Virus record (IMG/VR): IMGVR_UViG_3300028898_000252 | Location: 253,946 to 317,945 of that record | Origin: a virus | Taxonomy: Duplodnaviria > Heunggongvirae > Uroviricota > Caudoviricetes | DNA: 64,000 nt | Reading direction: 5' to 3' (one strand) | Part shown: positions 40,534 to 50,249 of the stretch, in pieces | Layout of the letters: every line of letters begins with the position of its first letter | Position numbering within the stretch: position 1 is the first letter of the stretch | Made by a program: the position numbers and the translations under genes | Notes under the pieces: model-generated | Told to the model about the DNA's origin: nothing | Databases searched by the model: none | Seen by the model: only the letters and a program-made list of their open reading frames with translations

Positions 40534-41823
40534 TTAACTAGTTGTATCAATTGTTGCTAATAGCAATTCTGGTGGACTAATTCCACCACTAAGATCTGGT
40601 CGATCTCTAAAATAAGAAAAGTTTTCGATAGTTCTAAAAAATGACTTGAATGCATTTAAGGATTTGAAAAGTTTTCCTAGTTTTTGGGGAAAGAGTAATT
40701 CGACATTTTCTTTTTCTTCAAGAAACTGTTTAATTGATTGTATTGCAACACTTCCCTGAATTGCCATAAGATTAGTTTTTTCTTTCGGCAAAACACTAAA
40801 ACCATACATGTGATTTTTATTAGACTTAACAAAAGATAAAAATGAATTTAATCCATTTAAAAGTTTCACAATCCATTCTGTAAGCCATCTATTTCTATTG
40901 TTTAATTTAAACTCTTCTAGATATTTTTTTATTTGGATACAAAGTTTTATAAAAGATATTTTAAAATTCTGTTCGGCGATGGTTAACTCTTCAGGAGAAC
41001 TTTCTGCTATTGATAACAAACCTTCGTATGTTTTCCACGCAGTGTATAAATTTTCATAGAGCGAGCCTGAAAAACTTCTAATTTGTTTAGAAACATCTGT
41101 TGATGATAGATCTGAGTATCTTTGTTTCAATTCTTGAAATTCAGGATTTCTATATATCATATTTCTAAAAACACTACTTATTGCGGCGTTTAAAGCTTCT
41201 GTTTCTTTGGTAATAAAACTATTATAAATATCAATTTTTTCATTAACTTTTTCTTCTATTAATTTCTCAACAAGATTTTTAATTTTCAAATCAACCAGTT
41301 TATTTGGATCATGCGAATCGTTTTCCGAGTAAATTTTTTCTATATAAGATCTAATTTCTTCATAACTCGATAATGTTTGAAGACCAAGTATTCTAAAAAG
41401 AGCTTCCTGATAATCCTCAAGAGTTTTAAATCTTAAATTTTTGGTAAATAATTTTATTGATGTTAAATCTTGTCCAAGCAGAAAAGTTAAATTTCCCATT
41501 TCTTCTAATATTCTTTTTAATTTATCCAGCAAATCAATATAGTTTGTATCAACACGAAATAAAAGTTTCAGTTTTGGATGACTTGTAAAATATTCAAGTA
41601 GAAGATCGTAATATTTTGACTCAAAATGATAAAAAATTTGTTGATTTGGAATGACATGTTTATAATTTCTAGAAAATTGATTATGTGCAAAATTTTTTAA
41701 ACTATCATGCATTTTCTCATTTGGAACAATTGTATCTATAAAGTCTTGAACAGTTGAGTTAATATCTAAATCTTCTTTTATTTCAGTTTCAAATATAAAA
41801 CTATAAAGAACTTTCTTGGTCAT
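40534..41823 (-). CDS. hypothetical helical protein with FIFE leader
   Basis: MTKKVLYSFIFETE. Confidence 0.65.
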   Translation of the reverse strand: MTKKVLYSFIFETEIKEDLDINSTVQDFIDTIVPNEKMHDSLKNFAHNQFSRNYKHVIPNQQIFYHFESKYYDLLLEYFTSHPKLKLLFRVDTNYIDLLDKLKRILEEMGNLTFLLGQDLTSIKLFTKNLRFKTLEDYQEALFRILGLQTLSSYEEIRSYIEKIYSENDSHDPNKLVDLKIKNLVEKLIEEKVNEKIDIYNSFITKETEALNAAISSVFRNMIYRNPEFQELKQRYSDLSSTDVSKQIRSFSGSLYENLYTAWKTYEGLLSIAESSPEELTIAEQNFKISFIKLCIQIKKYLEEFKLNNRNRWLTEWIVKLLNGLNSFLSFVKSNKNHMYGFSVLPKEKTNLMAIQGSVAIQSIKQFLEEKENVELLFPQKLGKLFKSLNAFKSFFRTIENFSYFRDRPDLSGGISPPELLLATIDTTS

Positions 41824-41981
41824 TTCTTTTTTTAAATAGAAAATACTGAAAATAAAAATTAAAAACTTTAATTTTATTCAAAGTTTTGAGTTTTATCGTT
41901 TTTTAAATTATATTAGCATTTTTCTACTCGGTTAAACCTCGACCTGTTGCACCAGAAATATAGAGAGGCTATCTTATCAGG

Positions 41982-42566
41982 ATGGAAGAAGAAAACAGAG
42001 GTAACGAACTTATTGTTACTGTTGATGACATTACAGCCGAAGCCGATCTTGTATTTGAAAAATACGAAACACAAAACCATACTGGAAAAATAATTGCTCG
42101 CGACAAATCTGACAGATACGTAATTTGGCATATGCAAAACGGCAAGCTACATCGCACATCGGGACCAGCCAGAATTTTTGGTTTTAGACATTCAAAAGAA
42201 TGTGATTATTTTTATGAAGGTAAAGAATACGGAACCGAAATTCGCGACGACACGGGAACTAAAATTTTAGTTTGCGACAATTTGGTATTTTTAGACAAAT
42301 ATATCATATTAAAAGAGTATGAAAAGGATGGAATTAAATTTTATGATCTTCTAGGAGAAGATAAAATCTCTTTTTCGGTTCCAAACATTAAAGGACTGAT
42401 TCAAAATTCAAAAGAAGAATATAAACAGAAAAATACCATTTATCATATGGGTGCGGAAAAGTTTTACTCTTCTTTTGATGAGTTTGAAACAGAATTTTGG
42501 AACAAGCTTATGGATGGAACACTCGATCCTAAAAATGAATTGTTTCAAATAATAGAAAACCTTTAA
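41982..42566 (+). CDS. hypothetical protein with one NGKLHR..GPA unit
   Basis: WHMQNGKLHRTSGPA motif. Confidence 0.6.
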   Translation: MEEENRGNELIVTVDDITAEADLVFEKYETQNHTGKIIARDKSDRYVIWHMQNGKLHRTSGPARIFGFRHSKECDYFYEGKEYGTEIRDDTGTKILVCDNLVFLDKYIILKEYEKDGIKFYDLLGEDKISFSVPNIKGLIQNSKEEYKQKNTIYHMGAEKFYSSFDEFETEFWNKLMDGTLDPKNELFQIIENL

Positions 42567-42568
42567 TT

Positions 42569-43678
42569 TTATCTTAAATTAGACAATCCTATTTTTTTAA
42601 TAGGAAAATCTGAGTATCTGCCTAAAGCACGTATAACAAAATCAAACATGGAGTTATCCAACGTTTGAGTTTCAAATAAATTTTCAATCTCTTCTGCTGG
42701 GGCTGCATCGAAACTATCTGTATAGTATGAGGTTCCATCAGTTAAAGTAATTTTAAAGATTTCGTTATAAGTATTTCTTCCAATTCTTTCAACCGAGGCA
42801 AGCTTATTCTTTAACATTGATTTCATATTTAAAAGTTTGCTTCGATCTGATTTAATAAAATCATATTCTGCTCCTAAAACACGCTCAAGATCTAAAATAT
42901 AGTCATGATAAACATCTTTTAATTCTGTACTTGCTTGTCCTTCTGCGCTTGAAAGCCGATTTTGTGTTGGTGAGTATGTTACGATCGCCTTTGCCTGATT
43001 TTTGTTATTGAACAATACCATAAGAGTTCTAAAATCGTCGGTGGACATAAGTCCAGCAGAACCACAGTTTTTCATTTGCTTACCAATTAAATCACATTTA
43101 GCACCACCATCAATCCATCGCCAACCATTCTCATATCGTTTAACAACTTTTCCAGGATCTTTAAATAATGATTTTTTATCGAGTTTGTCTTGGGCTTCTC
43201 TAAATTCTAGATCTTTGTATGGTTTTAAATCTGTTATAGATCCATTTAAAATTCCCTTTATTAGAGATCGATTAAAAAAAGGATCTTCCGTAAGATTCTT
43301 TTCAATTTCTTCTTTATATAAGCTTTTAAGCTTTTCAAGGTTTTGAGTTTTGTAGTTTTCTGGATTATAAGAGCTGCTCTCCATTCCATATTCCTGTCTT
43401 ATTTTATGGTATTCCTCAAAAGAAGAGCGCTCAAGAGCTTCATATGCTTCAACTAATCCATAAATATTCATTTTTCCATATGGGAAAAGTTTAAACGCAA
43501 GACGCCACCATTTATTTTCGTCTTTTCCTCCGCTATATTCTTTAAACCAGCGAGCTAATAAAAAAGCTTTGTTGTCAAACTTTTCGATAAAAATCGAGGC
43601 AACAACTTCAGGGAAACCCATTCCAACTAACAGCGATTTTGACGGCATTTCAAATATAAAAGATTTAAGTTCAAACAT
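42569..43678 (-). CDS. hypothetical protein with FIFE leader
   Basis: MFELKSFIFE; GWRWID, C..IG..M.NCG. Confidence 0.65.
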   Translation of the reverse strand: MFELKSFIFEMPSKSLLVGMGFPEVVASIFIEKFDNKAFLLARWFKEYSGGKDENKWWRLAFKLFPYGKMNIYGLVEAYEALERSSFEEYHKIRQEYGMESSSYNPENYKTQNLEKLKSLYKEEIEKNLTEDPFFNRSLIKGILNGSITDLKPYKDLEFREAQDKLDKKSLFKDPGKVVKRYENGWRWIDGGAKCDLIGKQMKNCGSAGLMSTDDFRTLMVLFNNKNQAKAIVTYSPTQNRLSSAEGQASTELKDVYHDYILDLERVLGAEYDFIKSDRSKLLNMKSMLKNKLASVERIGRNTYNEIFKITLTDGTSYYTDSFDAAPAEEIENLFETQTLDNSMFDFVIRALGRYSDFPIKKIGLSNLR

Positions 43679-43717
43679 AACAAAAATAATTACTTTAAAT
43701 TTTTATATTTATGAAAT

Positions 43718-44458
43718 ATGTTAAGCATAAAGAAACTTATATTTGAAAATAACGACCCTCCAAAGATTCTTACATTAGAAGATGTGTTTGAATCATTTCA
43801 AGTTAAATATCCAGGAATATTAGAACAAGTTTCTGAAATAGATACAAAGGTTCCTTCTGGAAAAGAACATGTAGAAGTTAAACTTATTGAGGTTGATAAA
43901 CCTTATTTGATTACTTTGTTTTATGATCAAAAACAAGGCGAGTATGTTGTTAGAATCTTGGAACTCCAAGACGCAGAAAATGATGCAGAAAATAAAGACC
44001 CTTTTAAACTGTTTCACGTTCAAAACAGTTTTTCATCATTTATTGCTCTATACGAGTCACTAGACTTTCTTAAAAACAAAATTGTTGATGATATCGCTAA
44101 TTTATTTAAAAAAGCGGCACTCAGAGCAAAACTTATTAATAAATCACAACTTGACATTGAAAAAGAAATTGAACTTCTCTATAAACCTGCTTTTGAATCG
44201 CAAGGAATTAGTGTTGTGGACTTTAAAAAAATTGGGAAAGATTACAAAACAATTGAAATTTTAGGAGTGAAAAACGAAAAAGTGTTTATTTTGGATCTTG
44301 AAATTTTTAAAGATATGATTTCACCTAGAATTATGCCAGTTTCGAGAAAATCTTCTAAACAAATAATGCTTCCTACGATCTATATTATAAATAGATTTAA
44401 TGGAAACATGGAAGATGTTGTAAACCATCTTGCCGCTTTAGTTTCTAAAAACATTTAA
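43718..44458 (+). CDS. paralog family member 1 (LIFE leader)
   Basis: MLSIKKLIFE; shared C-terminal domain. Confidence 0.65.
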   Translation: MLSIKKLIFENNDPPKILTLEDVFESFQVKYPGILEQVSEIDTKVPSGKEHVEVKLIEVDKPYLITLFYDQKQGEYVVRILELQDAENDAENKDPFKLFHVQNSFSSFIALYESLDFLKNKIVDDIANLFKKAALRAKLINKSQLDIEKEIELLYKPAFESQGISVVDFKKIGKDYKTIEILGVKNEKVFILDLEIFKDMISPRIMPVSRKSSKQIMLPTIYIINRFNGNMEDVVNHLAALVSKNI

Positions 44459-45186
44459 AAATTAGTGTTTACAAAAAAGTCATATTGACTTTCAAGATAT
44501 CCAATCGCCCAATTTAAAGCCTTTTCAAAATCATACTCATAGTTCTTTAGATAAACACTCCCAGAAGTAAGATCGTCTTCTAAAAGTTCGCTCATTAAAG
44601 TTACTGTGAATTTATCTTCGAAAATTCTAACAACAAAACTAACGTACCTGTTTTTATTGTCATTAGCATCAACAAAAAAACTATTTCTATCAACAAGTTG
44701 ATCAGCTTCTATTATTTTAAATCCATGTTTTTTAAACACTTCAGCATGAAGTTTTTCAAATTCAGAAATAAAATCATGAGTTTCGCGGCCAAGCAGTTCT
44801 GTTTTTGTATATTTTTTAAACATTGAGAAAATAAAGTTCAAAGATTGTTCTTTAAGATCTTCAACACTGTCATAAAAGAAAATTTTCTCATCTGGCATTT
44901 GTCCTATCTCGGGTTTAGCTGGTCGAACTTCAATCACACCCTGATCGCTTTCAAGATATTCTGTATCGAAAAAAATATCAAGTAAAACAGTTCCATCATT
45001 AAGTGATACCTGTAATAAATATAAATCTTTTCTGTATTCGAAAAGAGGACGAATAACTTGGAGATTTTGAGTTTTCAGCTCTATCTCCGTAACAATGTCT
45101 TCAAAAATTTCAAAAATCGAAGACTTTTCTATTTTAGGTTTCGACTCTTCGAATATAAAAGACTTTATTTTTATAGAATTGTTCAT
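44455..45186 (-). CDS. paralog family member 2 (FIFE leader)
   Basis: Start placed at MNNSIKIKSFIFEE. Confidence 0.65.
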   Translation of the reverse strand: MNNSIKIKSFIFEESKPKIEKSSIFEIFEDIVTEIELKTQNLQVIRPLFEYRKDLYLLQVSLNDGTVLLDIFFDTEYLESDQGVIEVRPAKPEIGQMPDEKIFFYDSVEDLKEQSLNFIFSMFKKYTKTELLGRETHDFISEFEKLHAEVFKKHGFKIIEADQLVDRNSFFVDANDNKNRYVSFVVRIFEDKFTVTLMSELLEDDLTSGSVYLKNYEYDFEKALNWAIGYLESQYDFFVNTNF

Positions 45187-45217
45187 CAGTATTATGTTTG
45201 TAATTATATCGATAGCG

Positions 45218-45544
45218 GTGCGCAATGATACAGTCAAACATTTTTTTAAAGAACTCATAGAAAGTATAGTATCTTGTTCAAATGGTTTGTTAACTTATTC
45301 AAACTTGAAACAAGTCAATAAACTTGAATCTGTTGATCTTAAACAAACTATGAATGAAAATAAAATATGGTTGATTCAGTTTAAAAATGACACATCTATT
45401 GGTGGGTGTTATACAGTTATGATTTCAGAACCTGGAACTGTAAAGTTTTACTATGAAGCATTTAACTTACTTGAGTTTCAAACCGAAGAAAATGTTTTGG
45501 CGGCGGTCGTTAATTTCATTATGAATTCTATTAGTTTAACATGA
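45218..45544 (+). CDS. hypothetical protein
   Basis: Non-overlapping part of ORF 45095..45544; GTG start assumed. Confidence 0.45.
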   Translation: MRNDTVKHFFKELIESIVSCSNGLLTYSNLKQVNKLESVDLKQTMNENKIWLIQFKNDTSIGGCYTVMISEPGTVKFYYEAFNLLEFQTEENVLAAVVNFIMNSISLT

Positions 45545-45565
45545 TTTATTTATCATTAACTTATG

Positions 45566-46207
45566 TTAAGGAATAAAACTAAACTCAAATACTGAGTCGC
45601 TGCTAATATAAACTTCGTTTGCTAAAACGGTTTTAGAAATAATTCTGTAGGAGTTCCCAAGCGCTAAACGACCATGCTCAGCCGCATAAGGTTTATATAC
45701 CGTAACCCAATCTCCAGGGTTTATTTTGTAGTCTTTTGTTTCTTGCGGAGCGCCACCACCACCAAGAATTTTGTCATCGAGCTTTTCTATCTTTTGAGAT
45801 ATAAAACTGTAATACGCAGAAGGAGACTGAAACCCACGAACCACAACATCTTTTGGAAACTTTCCTGTTTTTGCCATGTATCTTTTTTGCTTCATCAGTA
45901 AATCAATTTCTTCTTGATAAGAAAGTTGTTTCGGAACGGCTCTGTATATTTTAACCAACGCTTCAGGTTTTCCTTTTAAAAAAAATAACAAACTTATTAT
46001 TTCTTCTTCGCCGCCTTGTCCAAAACTATATTCTTTTACAGAACGAGATAATGAGTCGTAAAAATCTTGTGGGTATGTTCCGTTTTTTGTTACATCCCAA
46101 ATTGGAGCACCAGATTCTTTTGTTGGTGCTTTATGACTTCCTCGGTAAGAAAAATCTCCATTTCTCTTTTCTTCAAAAATTACTTGTTTCAAACTTATTG
46201 TCATCAA
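45566..46207 (-). CDS. ART-like domain protein with VIFE leader
   Basis: YRGSHKAP, VKIYRAVP, INPGDWVT....YA.EHG, terminal EF. Confidence 0.55.
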   Translation of the reverse strand: MMTISLKQVIFEEKRNGDFSYRGSHKAPTKESGAPIWDVTKNGTYPQDFYDSLSRSVKEYSFGQGGEEEIISLLFFLKGKPEALVKIYRAVPKQLSYQEEIDLLMKQKRYMAKTGKFPKDVVVRGFQSPSAYYSFISQKIEKLDDKILGGGGAPQETKDYKINPGDWVTVYKPYAAEHGRLALGNSYRIISKTVLANEVYISSDSVFEFSFIP

Positions 46208-46263
46208 AACCTAAATAAGTAAGTTTAACTTAAATTGTTAAAATAGTTAACAAAGAGAAATAT

Positions 46264-47076
46264 ATGAAAAAATTAAAACCATTGCTTAAAAATTTTATTT
46301 GGTTTGAGCAAAGTTTTGCTCAAACCACTGATCCTCTTGAAGAACAACTTGAGTATTTAAAAATGGCAATTGAAAGAGTTTTTCTTGAAAATGATGGACT
46401 TGAATCTCTTGATGACCTAAAACAAAGTGGTGACAAAGAGTATGAATTTTCTTTTGTTTACCACGATGATCTTATCATCCAATTTGTTTTTCATATAAGA
46501 AAAAAACTTCAGGGGTTTTTCATCTCATCTTATCCAAGTGCCAAAAACAAAAATGCAAATGATAAAATAAAGCACATTGGTTTCTATGATGACGAGGACG
46601 AAATAACACTTGAACCAGAAAAAGAAGAAGAGTATATTGAAAAGCTCGTTAGTTTTATGACTAAATCAATAAAAACCAATGTAAACATATATGAAAATCT
46701 TGAGGAAAACCAGACAAGTATTGTTGATGAGTTTGTCGAAAACTATAAAGAAGCTTTCGCGGCAAAAAACATAAAAGTAACCGAAGATGTTTATATTCCA
46801 AAAACAAAAGCAAGTGTCGGAGTGTTTCCATTCTCTTTTAGAGCCTCATACAGACAACTTAAAGACATTGAGATTTTTGGCACCATTGAAACAAAAAGTC
46901 CAAGCATCGAAATAAGTGCAACAGTTCCTGGTGTTGGACAATTTATTATAGCAAGAAAATCATACATGGCAAAGTATGAAAACATGATGAGTAAAACTTT
47001 AGAATGGGTTACGAACAGAACCCAAAACATGCTAGACCAAGCAATAGCAGAATATATACAAAGACCGCGACAATAA
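46264..47076 (+). CDS. paralog family member 3
   Basis: LLKNFIWFE leader; FVENYKEAF. Confidence 0.65.
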   Translation: MKKLKPLLKNFIWFEQSFAQTTDPLEEQLEYLKMAIERVFLENDGLESLDDLKQSGDKEYEFSFVYHDDLIIQFVFHIRKKLQGFFISSYPSAKNKNANDKIKHIGFYDDEDEITLEPEKEEEYIEKLVSFMTKSIKTNVNIYENLEENQTSIVDEFVENYKEAFAAKNIKVTEDVYIPKTKASVGVFPFSFRASYRQLKDIEIFGTIETKSPSIEISATVPGVGQFIIARKSYMAKYENMMSKTLEWVTNRTQNMLDQAIAEYIQRPRQ

Positions 47077-47089
47077 AAGGTAATAGATA

Positions 47090-47911
47090 ATGAGCCAAAA
47101 CGACAAACTGTTACACAAGTTTATCTTTCGATTAAATGAAGCTGAAAACCAATCGGGGCAACCTCCTCTAGATGATTCATCTGTAGATGACATAATAGAC
47201 AGGCTAATAGAAAGAATTTCTGTTCAACTCTTAAACAAAGACATTAACTTTCTAGATGTTGAAAAAAAAGTGCATGACGAAAATGAAACCACAACATACA
47301 CAATAACCTACGAACTTAGCGAAACCGTTGATCTTAAACTGTTGCTGGGTATAAGAGCCGTATCTCCGAAATATGCTTATATTCATTCTCTGTTAGCTCA
47401 CAAAGACCCAAATAGGTTTTCTAAAGAAAATGATCATCTTGTTCGTAGCTCAAACTTAAAAAGAATATACCTAAAATTATTCAAAAACCTTGAGGAAGAC
47501 TTGTTTAAGGAAAGCATGGACTTGCTTGAGTCAAACATCAATATTTATCGGCGGCTAAACGAAAACAGAAACCTTGATAAAGAATTCGAGGCAAACTACA
47601 AAGAAGCCCTTGAGTCAATGGACATAACTCCAAAGTCAATAAAGAAAATAACCAATAATCCAAACCTTGTTGCTGAATATAACATAAGTGTCTTCTTTTA
47701 TGAAGAAGAAGTAAGTTTAACTTTTAAAATAACCAAAACAGAAGTTTCCATAAATAATCGTTATAATAATGAATTGATTGCCTCAGAACAACTCGGCAAC
47801 CATAACTTTGACATGAAAGAAACACTCAAATCCCTTGCAAAAAAAATAGATAGATGGTTCATAAACACCTCCGCACAAAACCAAGAAAACTATAACAACT
47901 ACGAAGACTAG
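47090..47911 (+). CDS. paralog family member 4
   Basis: LHKFIFRLNE leader; FEANYKEAL. Confidence 0.65.
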   Translation: MSQNDKLLHKFIFRLNEAENQSGQPPLDDSSVDDIIDRLIERISVQLLNKDINFLDVEKKVHDENETTTYTITYELSETVDLKLLLGIRAVSPKYAYIHSLLAHKDPNRFSKENDHLVRSSNLKRIYLKLFKNLEEDLFKESMDLLESNINIYRRLNENRNLDKEFEANYKEALESMDITPKSIKKITNNPNLVAEYNISVFFYEEEVSLTFKITKTEVSINNRYNNELIASEQLGNHNFDMKETLKSLAKKIDRWFINTSAQNQENYNNYED

Positions 47912-47944
47912 TACTGAATAGATAATAGTTACTCCTGTATAACA

Positions 47945-48788
47945 ATGCCCGCAACAAACAATAAAAAAACTATCCATATCCAGATTCATCTTCTCAAGAA
48001 CTTTAAAAGAAAGTATTGAACTAGAAGGAAAAAAAGGAGAAGAAGAAGAAACCGATGGTGGATCTGTTGCTATCCTAAATCGACTAATAGAAAAACTTAA
48101 TATTAAGTTTCAAGATGAAATCGAATTCTTATCTACCTCAACGGTAAATGAAGGAACTAACTATATAACCCATATCATATCGTTTCAACTAAACGACCGA
48201 ACAACAAACCTTGAACTAACAATAAAAGAACCAGGCGAATACGAAAAAAAAGGAAAAAACGATATCTGGTATGTCATGTGCGAACTTTCAGATGAACCAG
48301 CATTTAGTAGCCCAATACGAAAAATGGCCGTTGTTGATGAACAACAAGGAGACGATGAACAAGAAAACCTTTTTGATGTTTCTGTATCCCTCATCCAAAA
48401 TAAACTCAAACAACACCTTATGCATAAAGAAGGTGCCGAAATAAAAAGACAGTTCGAAACATTCTTCAAGTCTCATCTGCAAGAAATTGAAATCTTTCCA
48501 ACCTCTGATCTTAAACTTGTTAAAGATGACTCCTCTGGAACAAACATTGATATAATGTATGGTTTAAAGGTTAGGTATAATGCCGAACCAGCTACTCTTA
48601 ATTTCTTTTTAAGAAACAATGTTTTAACATGTTATATAGAGTACCTAATAGAATACTACGGAACAGGTTTTCAAACAAGCACTCGCACGGTCTTTCTAGA
48701 CTATGACTACAACTTTAAAAATGCCTTCAAAGCCCTCGCCGAAAAAATAAAAGAAATCATGAACACACTGTATGCTCGCGAAGGTTAA
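47945..48788 (+). pseudogene. paralog family member 5, frameshifted at A7 run 47963-47969
   Basis: Removing one A joins ATG 47945 (MPATNNKK) to the open frame LSISRFIFSRTLKE...ILNRLIEKL..., which is continuous with ORF 48276..48788. Confidence 0.6.
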
Positions 48789-48827
48789 TAACTGTTTCTT
48801 TTTTTATATCATACTTTCATCATTCAT

Positions 48828-49130
48828 AAAAATTTCCCAAAAAAATTTTTCCCACTTAATTGTGCAACTTCGGTTTCCTATTCCTCGAAATTTGTTTTAT
48901 AGCTATTGGGGGTCCTTTGTAAAAAAAATTTCTCCCCAAAAAAATTTTCTCTCCCTGTAATTTGTGGGTTAAAATGAAACTATAAAAGAGTTTAAAATAG
49001 GTTTTCCCAAAAAAAATTTCCCTCCCTGAAGAACGTGGATTCATAAAAAAGAAAACTTTATAGCTATTGGGGGTCCTTTGTAAAAAAATTTCTCCCCAAA
49101 AAAATTTTTTCTCCTGGGAGAACGTGGATT
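48828..49130. repeat. non-coding direct repeats with A/T tracts
   Basis: ~58-bp near-identical copies at 48896-48954 and 49057-49114; four CCCAAAAAAATTT units; two AGAACGTGGATT. Confidence 0.85.
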
Positions 49131-49253
49131 AGCACGGTATATGCCAGGAATTACTTCAAAAACCCCCTAAAACCGCCCCCTAGGGGCCTCGTTTTTAACC
49201 CCTTGTTTAAGCCAGGGCCCATTTGCGGGTTGAAACCCCAGGCCCTGTATCCA

Positions 49254-49778
49254 TTATGTGGTTTCGATTTTCTTAAAGTCGTCTCCGAATCGAATGCGCT
49301 CACTTGTAACGCATTCGTCTGAATACTTCGAGAGAATCTTTTCGACGGCATCAATTCGGAGGTTGATTGCCTCGAATGTTTCTGTGTAGCGGTGAACGCG
49401 GATTCTGCGAGCCGTACAGGAATAGTTGTTAATCCCTGAATACTTCAATTCGTTTCTGTAACCAGTCACCGCTACTGGTTTACCAATGGGAGTAAGATGC
49501 TCGACATTTTGCTCGCCGTAACGTTCCCAGAACAAGTTTCGCCAGGAATAGCCTGTGCCGTTATCTCCGCTTCCGTAGAGCAAGTCGACTGCCGACATAA
49601 TGAGGTTGCCGATATCGCTGCTCATATCGTTGCAGTTTTTTGGAATTCGTTTTTCTCTATTCGAGATAGGATAGTCAGCTTCGAACAATGCGTTGTGTTT
49701 CATTGCAATTATATCGAGTGCCAACTCGACGATGGTAGAATCGTCCTCGGGAGTAACCTCCGTGAGTTTGTTTTCCAT
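49254..49778 (-). CDS. cassette hypothetical protein
   Basis: Element, then GAAGGGAG RBS, then ATG. Confidence 0.7.
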   Translation of the reverse strand: MENKLTEVTPEDDSTIVELALDIIAMKHNALFEADYPISNREKRIPKNCNDMSSDIGNLIMSAVDLLYGSGDNGTGYSWRNLFWERYGEQNVEHLTPIGKPVAVTGYRNELKYSGINNYSCTARRIRVHRYTETFEAINLRIDAVEKILSKYSDECVTSERIRFGDDFKKIETT

Positions 49779-49928
49779 TTGAAATTGTTTCTCCCTTCTG
49801 TCTATCTCTTAGCACAATCCACGAAGGTTTATTTACCTTGCGAGAAGTATGCCAAGGGAAAGATAGAAAAGAAAACGACCCTGAGTGTATCAGGGTGGTT
49901 CTCTCGAAACGATCAAAGCGAGTTTGAT

Positions 49929-50168
49929 TCAGGGTGCCCGCTCGAAAACGGTTTCATCGTTGCGTCGAATTCGGAACTCTGCTGCGCTCAGGTGAGCGAA
50001 AGAACCACCGCGCCCGAATTCGGGGTGGGTTCCGTTGACGAGTTGTTTTGCGTAGCGAGCATCCTGCGCGTCGCGAATGGTTGCAAAATCCAACCATTTG
50101 CCATCGCGCTTGATTTGCGCAACGTCATATTCCTTGAAGGTGTATTCCGCGGGCTGTGTTTTGTGCAT
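49929..50168 (-). CDS. cassette hypothetical protein
   Basis: Element, AGAGGA RBS; terminator-like hairpin downstream. Confidence 0.7.
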   Translation of the reverse strand: MHKTQPAEYTFKEYDVAQIKRDGKWLDFATIRDAQDARYAKQLVNGTHPEFGRGGSFAHLSAAEFRIRRNDETVFERAP

Positions 50169-50249
50169 AGTTTGAATTCCTCTCTCTGTGAATATGGTTT
50201 ACCACAATTCTTGGAGGTTTATTTACCTTTCAAGAAGTATGCCAGTCGA

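Noticed and set aside
1-48800. Stop-codon reassignment
   Set aside because: Genes are long and tightly packed under code 11, TAA, TAG and TGA all end genes, and no suppressor tRNA is seen.
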